Source: Callorhinchus milii (taxonomy: Eukaryota). Taken from it: 64,000 nt of DNA. Positions 21,942 to 34,645 of the stretch are shown in pieces. The stretch is taken from NCBI RefSeq assembly GCF_018977255.1, contig NW_024704742.1:62126001-62190000 (forward strand). The letters run 5' to 3'. Within the stretch, counting starts at the first letter, position 1. Every line of letters starts with the position of its first letter. The position numbers and the translations under genes are program-made. The notes under the pieces were generated by a model, which saw nothing but the letters and a program-made list of their open reading frames with translations, was not told where the DNA came from and searched no databases.

Positions 21942-23231
21942 GTAAGGCACTCTGCGGGCATCTTCGTTTCTTTTTAGGTGTCGCAATTAGCGTGAGGGGC
22001 AAACGTGGGTTTTTGGTGGCGTTGCATTTTGATTTGCAAGATTTTTTTATTTTTTTTTTGGGTGGGGGGGGGAGGGTGGGTGGGGTGGGGGGGTGGGCAT
22101 TTCCCAGGAGGTGCCCTTAGTTCCATCTAAATTGCTTGGACGCTGCGCCGTCTTGTCGGTTTCACGTGCCTTTCCTCGGTGTTGAACTCAACCAATTTGG
22201 CTTTGGGCTGCAGGAGAGCGATGCGTTGGTCCGAAGTGATTTGAGGGGGGAAACGTAAGAGCAAAGCTGGGTGGAGTGACTGCAGAAACACGAGCACACT
22301 GCGTTGCTGTGCCTAATGTGATCATAGGTTTTTAACGGGGCCTGGTAGAGAGAGGAGAAATTGCATATTGACCCTTCAAACCTATCACACCAGAGCATCT
22401 TAAATATTTTAGTCAAGTGTGCCCATCTAGTTTGGGATTTGCAGAATTGGAAACGTATCGTTTTACAACCGAGTCTTGTTGCCACTTACAAAAAAAAGAG
22501 GTAAATCCACTTGAAACGCAGTCTTCTACAGACAGCACTGAAATCAAAGTCGTGGCTGACACTCTGCTTGGATTATTTTGAGTATTTTTTGGGGGGTGGG
22601 AAAATGGCAATAACGGCTGTTGACACGATATTTGAAGTTTTGAGAAATGTGTGTGTTTATTCTGCATGTAATATATTTATAGTGGCTTACCACCAAAGTG
22701 CAATTTTATAGTGAGTGATATTTATGGGGGAGGGGTGGGGGTGGTCAAAAAAAAATTATTAAAAAATAACAAAGTAAAACGTTGCTGTTGGTCTGTAAAT
22801 TCAAGTCAAATTCCACGAAAATGCTCTTAATGCTGAGGGGAATATGGTAAAATCGCCAGGTCACAGGCTAAATGTGGAAGTGCTTACTCAGAAACACTTA
22901 TTAACTGAAACCCAGGACGATAGGGCTATTTTCATCCCTCAATTGCACAGCCCAGACACAACACGCCACAGCTTTTCTGAATGGGAAAACTACCCAGTGA
23001 ACCCCGAAGATGCTGCAGTATATAGATAGACACCACAAAGATAATTGCTTTTGANTTTTTTTAATACAATCTATATCGCAAGCACACGTGTGGACTTTTT
23101 TTGCGTGAAAATTTGCTGTATGAGTAAAGTGGTAGATGTATTTTGGTGAGTTTCGGGTTCTTTTTTTTGCAATGGATCTTTCGATCCATCGTAAATAATC
23201 CTCTACGTGTTGCTTTACTGGACTTTGACAG
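21942..23231 (+). other. hand2: HAND2 intron (1290 bp, phase 0)
   Basis: GTAAGG donor and ...actttgacAG acceptor; the join gives an uninterrupted HAND2 frame. Confidence 0.95.
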
Positions 23232-23330
23232 AATGAAGTTTTGAAGAATACAGTTAGTAGCAACGATAAGAAAACAAAAGGAAGGACTGGATGGCCTCAA
23301 CACGTCTGGGCTTTGGAACTGAAACAGTGA
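23232..23330 (+). CDS. hand2: HAND2 exon 2 CDS (32 aa plus stop)
   Basis: NEVLKNTVSSNDKKTKGRTGWPQHVWALELKQ*, the conserved HAND C-terminal motif. It is missing from the ORF track because it is short. Confidence 0.97.
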   Translation, partial: NEVLKNTVSSNDKKTKGRTGWPQHVWALELKQ

Positions 23331-23864
23331 AAGCTTGAACCTGAACTCAGGGGGGAAGAGACGTCCAGACTTGTAAAAAATATTCATCGTAAACTTTCGC
23401 ACGTCGACAGAAGCTATATGTTCAGAATCAACTTTATTTATGTGCAATTTCTCACCCCAGAGAGCGGATTGTTGGAAGAAAAGGCATTCCGTATTTTTGA
23501 AGAAAAGGCCAAGTTGGTAAGGGGTCGTATTGTTTCACAGTAGATGTGAATGTTTTTTAAGTGTTAAATGTTTTATAGCACACACACAAAAAAAAAGACT
23601 TCTTGGTAAAGAATTATGTATTTTGTGAAATGTATCTTGGACTTCATTTGGGATATAAATATTGAAGTTTTTTAATGTTGTATTGAAACAAAAAAGTAGG
23701 TGTACCAAAGTGCAAATAGGCAATGTTAGTGTGCAAGTATATAGTGTTGTATTGTGGTCATTCAGTATTTCGTTCAATATTTTCAAAAGTTGTTTTTGGC
23801 TTGTGCACTTCCGTCCAAAAAAGTGGAGATAAAGTATTGGAGATGTAAACGTTGTAATTATGTC

Positions 23865-23870
23865 AATAAA
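23865..23870 (+). terminator. hand2: Probable HAND2 polyadenylation signal
   Basis: First AATAAA I find after the stop codon (~535 nt downstream), followed by a U/GU-rich stretch (tttgtatcgttttg). Confidence 0.6.
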
Positions 23871-26800
23871 AAAACACTTTTTTTTTACAAAAATATATTT
23901 GTATCGTTTTGACTACCGGTGCGCTGGCTTTGTGGGGTGAATAGTCGGGTCTAAGGTGATGTTGGATCCATTTCAATGGACTGCGAGGCAAATAACACTG
24001 TCAGATGCTATGTTGATCCTTAGTGAACGCGTTGCTGCCTTTTTATTGAAGAGAAACCGATTAATAATTATCTTGTAAGTGTTTTTGTGTCTTGCAAATA
24101 AAGAGGAGGACGATATCCCAAATAGCTCTCGCGAACTGCACCAGAATTACATTTTTTTGGGGGTACTTTAAATAACAAATGGCAGACGTCCAACATATTA
24201 ACTATAACAGATTTGCAAAGATTTCCAAACATTCCCCGGCGCTGAATAAGCGTTCTTGTCTGGGGAGCGCAGACTGATCTCGCTTGTTTTTCCCCCTCCC
24301 GCATATTAAAAAAAACATAGTTCATAGTTTACGTTAAGAGCTTAAGTTAACGTGGGGAAGATTTAGGGATATCGGATGAGCGAGTAACCGCAGAAGTAAG
24401 GGGCGATTTGCAATACACATGTGAAGGGTGAATGCAGTGCACAGGCAGCTCGGTGTCCTGGGCGTTATATCCTCTTCTGATCCCTCTCTGTGGGCCCTGC
24501 CGAGGTATCCAGACCCAGTCGTGGGCGTCTTTTTTTCTCTCTCTCTCTCTCTCTCTAGAAAAATGTGGAATGTTTCAAATTCTTCCATCCCAATGCTTCT
24601 CTGTCTGTGATTTATAAATATCACCGGGTATTTCCAGGCCTGCAAAAAAAAAAGCGTTCTCTCGTTCTCTGAAGTTCAGACTTCGGGGCTTTCGGATATT
24701 ACTTTAAGAAGTTTTATTCCAGAGGCAGAATGTTGTTTTAGATTTATATGTGGGGCATCTTTGACTTTTGATAGGCCTGAAATGCAGCCTGTGTGTGTAA
24801 AAAAAGGTTAGTGAGGGGATTATATAGGGCCTCAAAAGTACTTGCAGCTCCATTGGAAGTGCACTTTTGGTTAAATCATCAGCTTCGTAAAATGTGAACA
24901 ATGTTGTGTTTGTATCCTGCATTAACACACTCACTTAAAACTGGAGTCGATGTGACACTGTCAACTAACACTATTTGGCCCCCAGCGCTACATGACTAAC
25001 TCCAGCTCTTGACTCTTCTGAAACCATGATTTATGCTTTATTAACATCAGTGAAGGCTCATTCTTTTCAGCGCTGTGTGTCCTTCTGGTGGGGAACAAAT
25101 ATGGCTTAAATGGGTGACATGGGTAATCGCCTGCACTGCTTCGAGCTTTCTTCTGCAACATTAAATGTCAGCATCAGTTGTCCCTCAGTACTGACTAACA
25201 GCCGACATGTCTCCCCACTTGCACCGTTGCTGCAGTTCTGCTCCTTTCCTGTTAGCATATGCACTGCCAGTCGGGGGTGAGCACATCTGCAAATGCCTAT
25301 AAAAAGATAAGGGAAGTTTTGCACCGTCTCCCAAGCATGTTACAAAAGCAAGGTTGTGGGGTTAGCCAAACTGGCTGTGTAGGGGAAAAGTGTTCTGCCC
25401 TTTTATTTCAAAGGGTCATATCTTGTGTTTGGTGTGTTTACACAGACTTGCATTTGTCGCTAATATCGCCGATGTGCAATCTTTCTCCCACTCGCGTTTA
25501 ACAGATTTTATAGGCGAACTGTGATCCTCTTTCTCATTGCAAGCATACTCCTTATTGCAAACTGCCAAAAGTCATACCTACTAAACACCTCTAGTAATAT
25601 CCGCCAGTATTTCAAAATGGACACTGTGTTTTAATTTTTTTAAAAAAAGACTCGGTTGAAAAGCTTGAACGTTGTGTTTGATTGAATGCGTTACACTGAA
25701 TGGCAAACAGCTTTAACAGAGGTCTTGCAGAGATTTGATTTCTGATCGCCATAAACTCCAGCCAACAATGGTTGGCTGTCTCTTTAAAACAAGTTGGTGA
25801 CTTTATGCCGCGTCGCCCGATTTCTCTCAAATCCTTTATAGTTTACAATTGCACGGTACAACACTTTGCACAACATATATTCCAGTATATTGGCCGCGTT
25901 CATTCTTTTTTGGGGGGAAGGGGATAAAAAAAACGATGGGGTGCCCTGTAATTTAAGAGGGTAGCCAACTCTACAGCATCTCCACTATTTCCATCCAATA
26001 ATTGCTAACAAGGATAACGGACTGTTGTGGTTCCCTCCAGCAGACAACAGCCCAGTGCACATCTAAAAGGGGACACTTGAGGGTCTGTAGCGAGCGAGAG
26101 TACGGTTCTGGTGATAAGCATTAGTACTAATATTCGGCAAAGTGCTTTGCACTGTAGTCTACTCCACGGCATATGTTTATTTGATTAATCCCCTTTAAAA
26201 CATTGCTGGTGTTCCTCGGTGCCACTAACTGACAAATTATGATTAAGACGCTGAACAAATAAACAGCAGCCATTTCCTGGTGGCCCTGTATTAGCTCTAA
26301 TATTTCACAAACAGATATTTTTTTATTTAAAAAAAGCGTAGGATTAACATATGTAAAGTAAATTCCAAATTCATCAATCCCCCCCCCCACCCCACCCCAC
26401 TACCTACATCGTAGGGGCGCTGCCTTCTTAAAACACCATCATGTCTGTAGCTAACTGAGGCACTTGGGTTGCAGACAGCCCGGAGCCGGGGCAAATGCCC
26501 GATTTGACGTTAAAAGCTAAATAGCGGTGCAAGATGGGCTGAGGCAAATTGATGGAGCATTGGGGGATGTCAGTGACAACGACTCGATGCAACATATGGC
26601 GTTAGTGTTACTGATAACATATTTACTGGAGTGGACGGATTTCTGCATTATCTGCTCCCAGTTGCCCCCCTCTCCCTGGGAAAATACACCAAAGAGTTGA
26701 CTGAACGGCTGACGGGCTGTCAAGGTCACATTCAGAGTTTTTGCAACAGAATTCCTTCTCGTACTCACCCCCCTCCCTCCCCCCCCACTACCCAACCCAC

Positions 26801-29417
26801 CGCCATCATCGTTTTAATTGTCATTCAAATGAGGGCTTGTCTTTGTATTTGCGACTCGGCGCAGTTGGTTGCAAATTCTACTTGCAAAGAAGGCATTGGA
26901 AATATATATCACACATGTAATTTACCTGTGACTCGGTTAGCCATTTTTGTGTAACTATCTTTTTATATAAGTCAAATTGGTCACTTTACAGATTCGACTT
27001 AAGTTGTGCTCAGAAAAGATGCTGCTTTGGGCGAATGAATATTAGTGTTTAAGCTTTTTTAACTGCAAATTATGCCATGAATTACGGTCAATTTAGGCAC
27101 TGATTTTGAATGTTAGACACTATCGTTAAGCATTCGAATATATTTTCGCTCCTCCGATTATTTATTGATGTGATTGTTGGGCTGTACATTTGCGCACCGT
27201 TATGTTGGAGGGTTCTTGCAACTCCTGCTCCCCCCCCCCCCCCCCCCCCCCCCCACAACATGTTTATAGTTTCTCATGAGCAACAAACCACTACACCTCC
27301 TAATTCCTCACATTGCTTTGCTGCTTTGACGACGTCCCTCCAAAAGCCGAAATCACAAACTAGTGAATAAAGAAATAAAGACGACATTTTAGCTCCCAAC
27401 TCAAACATAAACCGTCAGTATAAAAAGATGATAAATATCTGCAGCCACTGTAAAGATCTGCAGAGAGGCAATGCACATATGCACAGCCACATATATTTGT
27501 ACATATTATAAGGAAAAAGACATCGGCAATATACGTCCACTCAGCGCCCCCCACACCACCACTATCCCCCAAAAAAGAAACACAAGGCCCTGTCGAATCG
27601 TGTATCTGGAGTTGCACATATTGATTGAGAACTCGCTCTGCTCTATGGCACTACCCTAAGATTAAACGGAATCTGCACAGCAGATATGGAATAGACCTGT
27701 TTTTTTCAAAGAGAAGTTGGCCATTTTGATAAATCAATGTTTTAAATCATAATTACGTCAATTGGTGGGGCCCAAGTACAACCATAATCTCCTTTTTAAA
27801 CCCAGCCTAATAAAAAGGATATTTTCTCTTGGAGGAAGTTTGTTACGGGCTTGCTCCTTTAAACTCCTGCACTGAATCAAAGAAAGCAGAAATAAAGTCG
27901 ATCCATCACAATAATGAATGTCCTGTTTGTAAAATATATGGATTATTTTGTGTTTTTTAAAGAGATATGCATTTAAAAATATAATCCATGGCATTGAGTA
28001 CATACATCATAATTTAAAGAGACTATTGACAAATGCCTGATGTCTGGCTTTTTTTTTAACTTTAAAGTGGCATGAAACATATATATTTTACATAAATAAT
28101 GCGCGGGATTAGTTATTAATTTGAATCTCTTACAAAGGAGAGGTAAAAAGCAACTCGCAGCATCTCTCAGGGCCATTGCATAATGGAGGACAATTTAAAC
28201 GTTCTGCTCGCAGTTAAATGTATTATTTTAGATCCCTATCAGTTGAATGTTTATATATGCCGCACTAATCTGTTTCTTGATAACTTTCATTTTAAAATCG
28301 GCCCGGGTGCACTGAGGTGCTTTTGAATTTGTTAATTCTGGGCTGCTTTGCAGTTTCCCAATATAATGGCACAACAGCGAGTTGAAAGCAGGCAGGACAT
28401 TGCAAACACCAGTGTCGTGTCTTTACCTGCTCTCTTTCTCTCTGTCTCTCTCTCTGGGGGTCGGAAAAAACCATAGGTATTTCTCCACCCACATATTCCT
28501 AGAGGCGCAGCGAGTGATGGAATTAAACATGATATTAGCAGGTTTCAATGGCTCCAATGACCAGATAATTGCTGATAATTTGTTATCAGTGTCAAGATGG
28601 CGTCAAAGATAGACGCAAGGGCCATTCCCCTCTGATTGAAGCATGAGATAATCCTTGACCTTGGATCGACCTTTTGGGTTGATGTCAGTGGAAAACAAAA
28701 GAAATAAAATTGACCTTACAAGCAGGTGCTTAATACTGGTCTTTTCCATTCAGCCCAATTTTATTTTGGTGGGTGGGGGGGGATGTAATAATTGTAAATA
28801 ATGGGGTATATTTGTGAAAATAATTACCAACTCAATATCTGCACAACTGCAAACCGTGCAGACTGGACTGGGAGATCTGGTTGTCTGTGTGCAAAAAAAA
28901 ATGTACATCTCAATTGGCCTCGGGAGTTTCAAAGCCTTTTCATTCTTGCAATCATTTAACAATAATTCTACGTCGTTTTCAACTCGTGGTGTTCAACAGC
29001 CAATGGTTTAAATGCAACTAGTTTTTTTTATATACATCCATATAAAAAAAAGACTTGATTCAATTGTGCCTGGGGCTCCTTCCAAGTTATTTATTTTTTT
29101 ATGCAAAGCTCTGAAGTAATAGATTCTGTTTCTCGGGGCATTTCTGCGGTTGCGTTCCTCGTATTTTACATTTCTGGCTTAAGTTTGATCTTGCGACACC
29201 ATATAAGTTCGTATTTCTGGTATTACAGACATCTGGGAGTGATTATTGCGCTCAGCCCTCCCCCGGTACATTCTCTATCTTTCCAAAGTCGCCTATAGAC
29301 ATGTTGACGTCAGATCAGACGGCCAGGAGCCATCCTGTTCTCGAATTGGGTGTAATCACCCCAAATCCTTCCAGTTGGAAGCATTAGATTTCAAAATACT
29401 GAATCCGAATACTGCTA

Positions 29418-29510
29418 CACACACACACATGCACATGCACACACATGCACATGCACACACACATGCACATGCACACACACATGCACATGCACACACACAT
29501 GCACATGCAC
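29418..29510. repeat. Alternating purine-pyrimidine minisatellite (ACACACACATGCACATGC)n
   Basis: About 5 units, directly visible. Confidence 0.9.
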
Positions 29511-32500
29511 GAAAAAAAAGATATCACGAATATGCGTTGGGAATTATTTGTTCAATTTGTCCCATAGCATGAATGCCATCGCGGGGTGCGTTTTATCTGC
29601 TGTGTTGACTTTCGAAGGCAATAATAAAGCAAAAGCACGTGAGAGAAATTGGGGGAGGGAAGGTGTGTGGAGATGAAGTGGGTGTGTATGTGTGTGTGTG
29701 TGTGTGTTTGTGCGTGTGTGGCATTTACGTGTGTGTGTGTGTGGTGGTGTGTTAAAGAATGTGTGTGGTTTGTGTTGCGTTTTTGCAAAAGTGGGAAACG
29801 TTTACTTCACATAGACAAACACGCCTGACTCTGCAGAGTCATTTGCTTAAGTAACATTTTAGAAAAGTATTCTCTATGATATGTGAGGAAAACTGGCTCA
29901 AATTCAGGCTATTTGTTATGCTATTAATAAAAGCCGCGATAGTGAGTCAGTGGGACCTCATACTGTCGGTGCCTCCAGTCCGTATGCAGTGCCCCATGTA
30001 AAATAAATTCCTCCAATCCCGTTCATATGATTTTATTGTTGATAGGATTTACCAGATTTGAAATGCGTGTGCATATAAATGCCGGGATGCAATAGCTTTA
30101 GACATAAAATGTTACTGTGAGCAAAAGTGAGAAAGTATCAAATGCTGCAGTATTGCCGGCGTTAAAAAGAGTAGCCATATTCAGCAGCGAAATAAATGGT
30201 GACTTTTACTGAATACCTTTTACAATCAATGAATAATCTGGCATAGATTGAAACGCATCTCGGGGGAGGGAGGGGTGGGGTGGGGGGGAGTTTTGATTTT
30301 ACAACTGTGCAACATATTCGGTTCAATGAAGCAAGTCGTAACAGCTCACCGAATAAGATGTAGCAATGCCTATTTGAAGGTTCATGTCTTGGGGTACCCA
30401 AGTTTCTTGTTTGGCTCTTAAGACTGATGGCCTCTTAGCCTCCTTCCATTTTGAACAGCATCCTCAAACGATGAGCTTCTGGGATTGGCTAATTGTGACA
30501 AATGAGCAACTTTCCTTAAAATAGATTTGGAAACCCGAAGCAATTTGCATTCTAATTATAAAGCGATGGTCTCGGGGTTTTGTAATAAATATACACGATT
30601 GAATTTCTCTGGGTAATAGATGGAGTCTTCCTCTTGTAATATATCATTTTGCAGCTGAAATTGCACGTTTTGGAAAATCAATGACTTTAGCAGCCACGAA
30701 ATTCCTTTCTGAACTAATTTCGTTAGATCGTTAAGGGCACTCTATTAGAAAATAAAAGCTTTTGCATAGATGTAGATTAATTTCCTTAAAAGCGAAACCT
30801 GTTTCGTTTTACTAACAGCAAGACGTTGCTTAAAAGAACGAGGATCGTTTTCGGAAACTGTATTGGGAAGTATTAATCATAGATATTATTGGCGGATAAA
30901 TGAATAGCATTAGCACTGCTCATTTAGAAGTAATCCCAATGTTGATTATTCCACATGACTCATTTAAGTAGGTTCAGCTTTAATTATAAATGCTGGAAAA
31001 ACAAAAGGCCATCCTAAAATATCGTCGATAGGTATTTTGGAAGCCCCCAAATATCTATATTTCATGCAATGTAATCTTTTTGTGTTCAATAGATCGAGAC
31101 TGACTGAACAATTGCTGGTAACCAAACGAGATTATAAGCAAGATCGACTCTACTAGTAATAATTATGTGACAAACAGATCTGGGATCATTTAACTATTTC
31201 CATATTTCCAGTAAGACCGTAAACGTATATGATATGAATTGAATGCTTTCTGGTCACATTGTCAGACAGAATCTGCCCTGATAGCTGGATTATTCACTTG
31301 TCTGGATGGCTCATCTGTTTTTACTGGCGCCTCGGATATATACATATACACTACAGTATCTACTATGTGCAATGCTAATGGAGAGCCTGAAAACATTCAC
31401 TCCCTTTAGCCATTTCACTATTCGTGTAAACATTGTCCGCCATCTTTACTGGTGCCTGTAACGATTGCAATGCACATGTAAACCTGTTTTTTTGTTATTT
31501 CAAATCCAGATAAAGTCTGCATTTGTTTTGCAAAAGCGGAGAGGTTTGGGTAGAATCGATTTTAAACAACGAAATTCTCGATCTCTGACAGATTGAGGGG
31601 AAAATGTGTACTCCCGAGGGTCGCAATGGGAATAGGTAGAGGGTGCCCTGACATAGCTTTTGATGACACTGTAGATAGGCAGCGATAGAGTGGCATTGGG
31701 AGCTGTGCGATAGTGGCTCGTGTGATTTTCTGGAGATGCTGTGTAGTGTTTTGGAGACTCTGTCTCTGACCTGTGGTGCTGTCAGTGTGACAGATCCCAG
31801 ATGGAGCTCAGGCCGAGCCGCTACTGTATGTGAGATTGGGTTTCGACACTGTCCTGAATGCCTCCAAAGCCCTTCTCCTGTACTCCACAGTCCATCGCCT
31901 CGTCTGAAATCATCACCAGTTGGAACTTTATACCTAAACAACCTTTTCCTTCTTTCACCTCTCCATTTGCCCCCGCTGAGCTCTTAAGCTTATTCCAGTT
32001 GCCGGTTCAGCGTCCTGCCGTTCACTGCAGCCCTGTTCCCACCCAGTTAGCTGCTCTCAAACGCAATCAGCCAAACTATTGCAATGGGACTTCTCTAAAA
32101 AGGGGGTCTAAATATTACCTTAACATATTTTATTGAGGTAAGTGGCACACGAACGATTGTCAGTAAAACCTGTAAAGTAGATCTACTGTATTGTGAACAC
32201 TGTTAGCCGGGGTAAGCAATCGCGTTATTATTATGATTCAATCGCTGAGTTGGTATTTACAACATAAATTACTTAAGTCATTACTAAGGGTCGGAGAGAA
32301 GCGATTTGAAACCGACTCCACTTCGCGAGGTGCATGTTTCGATATGGACAAATAACCGCGATACTCAATAAGCTCGATAAAATAACAGTCTTCGCGAGGG
32401 TCTAACTTTTTTATTGGTTTACGTGAGGAAGCAACTTGCCAGGAAATGTGGGTCGAATCGCCACACAGCAATCTTTTCTTGCATCGCTGGTTCCAATATT

Positions 32501-34516
32501 GCAGAAACAAAAAGAACGAGGGAATCGTTCAGGAAGGAACTTTACCAGCTCTATTGAATTATCTGTGGGAATTTCGTTTTTGAGAAATACGGGAAAAGTT
32601 GATCTGTAGCTGCAAAACACGGATTATCTGCAAATCTTTGATCTAAAAAAAAGAGAGGTCGAGAAAGCACATTCTGTTCAGTTGCTTTTCAGCAAAATTC
32701 TGCAAAATACACAGTGTACGTCAGCCACCAATTCATGACAATTTTAAACTTAACCCTTAAGCAAAAAAATACGAAAAAATACAGGAACGTATTCCGCGAC
32801 AACTGATCCACGTAATGAATCCCAGAAGTTTTTTGGGGGAGAGATTTTAAAAGCTTTGCCAATAGTACTTGGGTCCCAAGATTCGCCAGAAATTCTTGAT
32901 ATCGATTGCAAGTGTATCTTGAGAGCAATAGAGGGGAAGGGGGTGGGGGGAGAGAGATTACAATTCACTGCATAAACAAAACTTATTTTTGCTTTGTTTT
33001 CGCTTCATCAGTTATGTAATGTCTATGCTTTAAGGCGGTAAAAGACGGCAAACTCACTTCACTAAAATGGGAATAGCCATAGCGAGAGGTTTGCACCTAT
33101 TACAATTGCAGCAAGATAAAACATTATAGTGTTTGCTGCCCAGTGATGTAATCCGAAATGCAGACTGGTCAAATGGGGGATCAGTAATTCGCTAATAATT
33201 TAAAACCCACCACATTTGTTTTGTTTTCACTTGCCAGTTTTTACAAATGACAGTATTTGGGGGTCCATTTAAACAGTAGAAATCAAAACAGATGCAAATC
33301 GCTTTAAGTTTACAGATGAAGCCAAACCCTTTTTTTGGAAAAAAATGTTGTTGCGTTTTCCCCCCTTTCGCCTTAAACTGGACGAATGAGTGACCCGATA
33401 AGGCATCAGCAGACTTGATATATATTAAAAAAACCTTTCAGTGTTTTTAGTATGCTGCAGACCTCCCAAGTGGTGGAGGGCTGGGTGTCATTGCCAGTGA
33501 TTCTGCAGTGTGTCTGTTTTCTGCCTGTGGAGCCAGACTCTGTGTTTGTCAATGGCTTTTTTTTTGGCAATAACTAAACAGTAAACATTTAGACAAGAAA
33601 AGTGGAACAGCGCATCGAACACCACTTGAAACCCCTTGAAAAGAAGGAAACATAGAAGTATATTTCATTACGGGGAAATATATCGTTTTTTTTAACTGCG
33701 AATGTTTTCAGCTCATGGGAAGAGTTCATTAATTGAGGGTTTTGATATCAATCGTAGTTTTGGAGCACTCAAAATAAAGCCAAAGGTTTGCTGCAAGCCA
33801 GACAGAATTCCCTTCTTTCTTGTAAAGGCTGCTGATTAAGGTTGAATGGTACTCTTCCACAGTGCTTTTATCATTTGTTTCTGGGTTAAAATAAGTCAGG
33901 TTAATACTCCATGGGATGTTGTAAAACTTTGAGGGCTGACGTTACAGTTTACATTTTCTTTGTAGTTCGGGATGTGTTTCAATCACTTCGATGCACGAAA
34001 GAGTAGTTGTACCCGACGGATGTAAAAACGCATTGAATAAACCCATTTGGACTTTGTGGTTCAGCGCTTTTAATGCTGATTGAGTATAATGTTCCATGTT
34101 GTTGGATTTATGGTCCCATCCCATAGGCTTAATGCTGCAAAATACATAGTAGCTTAGAGAGGACAGTGGCACACATTCACACCGCTTTGGAGTACATCCA
34201 TTCGCTTTCATTTACAATATACTTTTACTTGAGTGACATTCTCACCTGGACTCCAGCACAAGTGTCTAAGACGTTTTTATTTCAAGCAATATCAACTGAA
34301 TTGCATAGGAAATGGAAATATTCGCATACTGTACTTTGAAGTGGCGCAAAATAATATATATTCTGGGGGAGAAGGACATTTGCCGAATTGCAGTAGTTCA
34401 CTGATGATGCGTTTTTTTAGTGAGTCTTTTTTTGTAATGGTGTGCGCGCGAGTTGTTTCTGGTGTTTCATGGCTTCTGTTCGTGTGAGTTTTAGATAGTA
34501 ATAATAATCTAATTAG

Positions 34517-34645
34517 TATTATTATTATTATTAATCCTTGCATTTGATATAGCGACTTACCACGCCGTCTCAAAGCACTTCACAGAATATACTCTAAAGT
34601 GAATTGATTGTATATTTTGTGGGCGAATAGCGACGTCTTGGCATT
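34517..34645 (-). mobile_element. tRNA-SINE 3' fragment
   Basis: taatccttgcatttgatatagcgac...tctcaaagcacttcacagaatatac...ttttgtgggcgaa. Confidence 0.8.

Noticed and set aside
21210..21986. 258-aa antisense ORF and alternative-frame ORFs over exon 1
   Set aside because: Expected shadow of a GC-rich CDS; no recognisable domain.
26405..26422. CTCF-like cgtaggggcgctg
   Set aside because: The core is one base short and the 5' half fits poorly.
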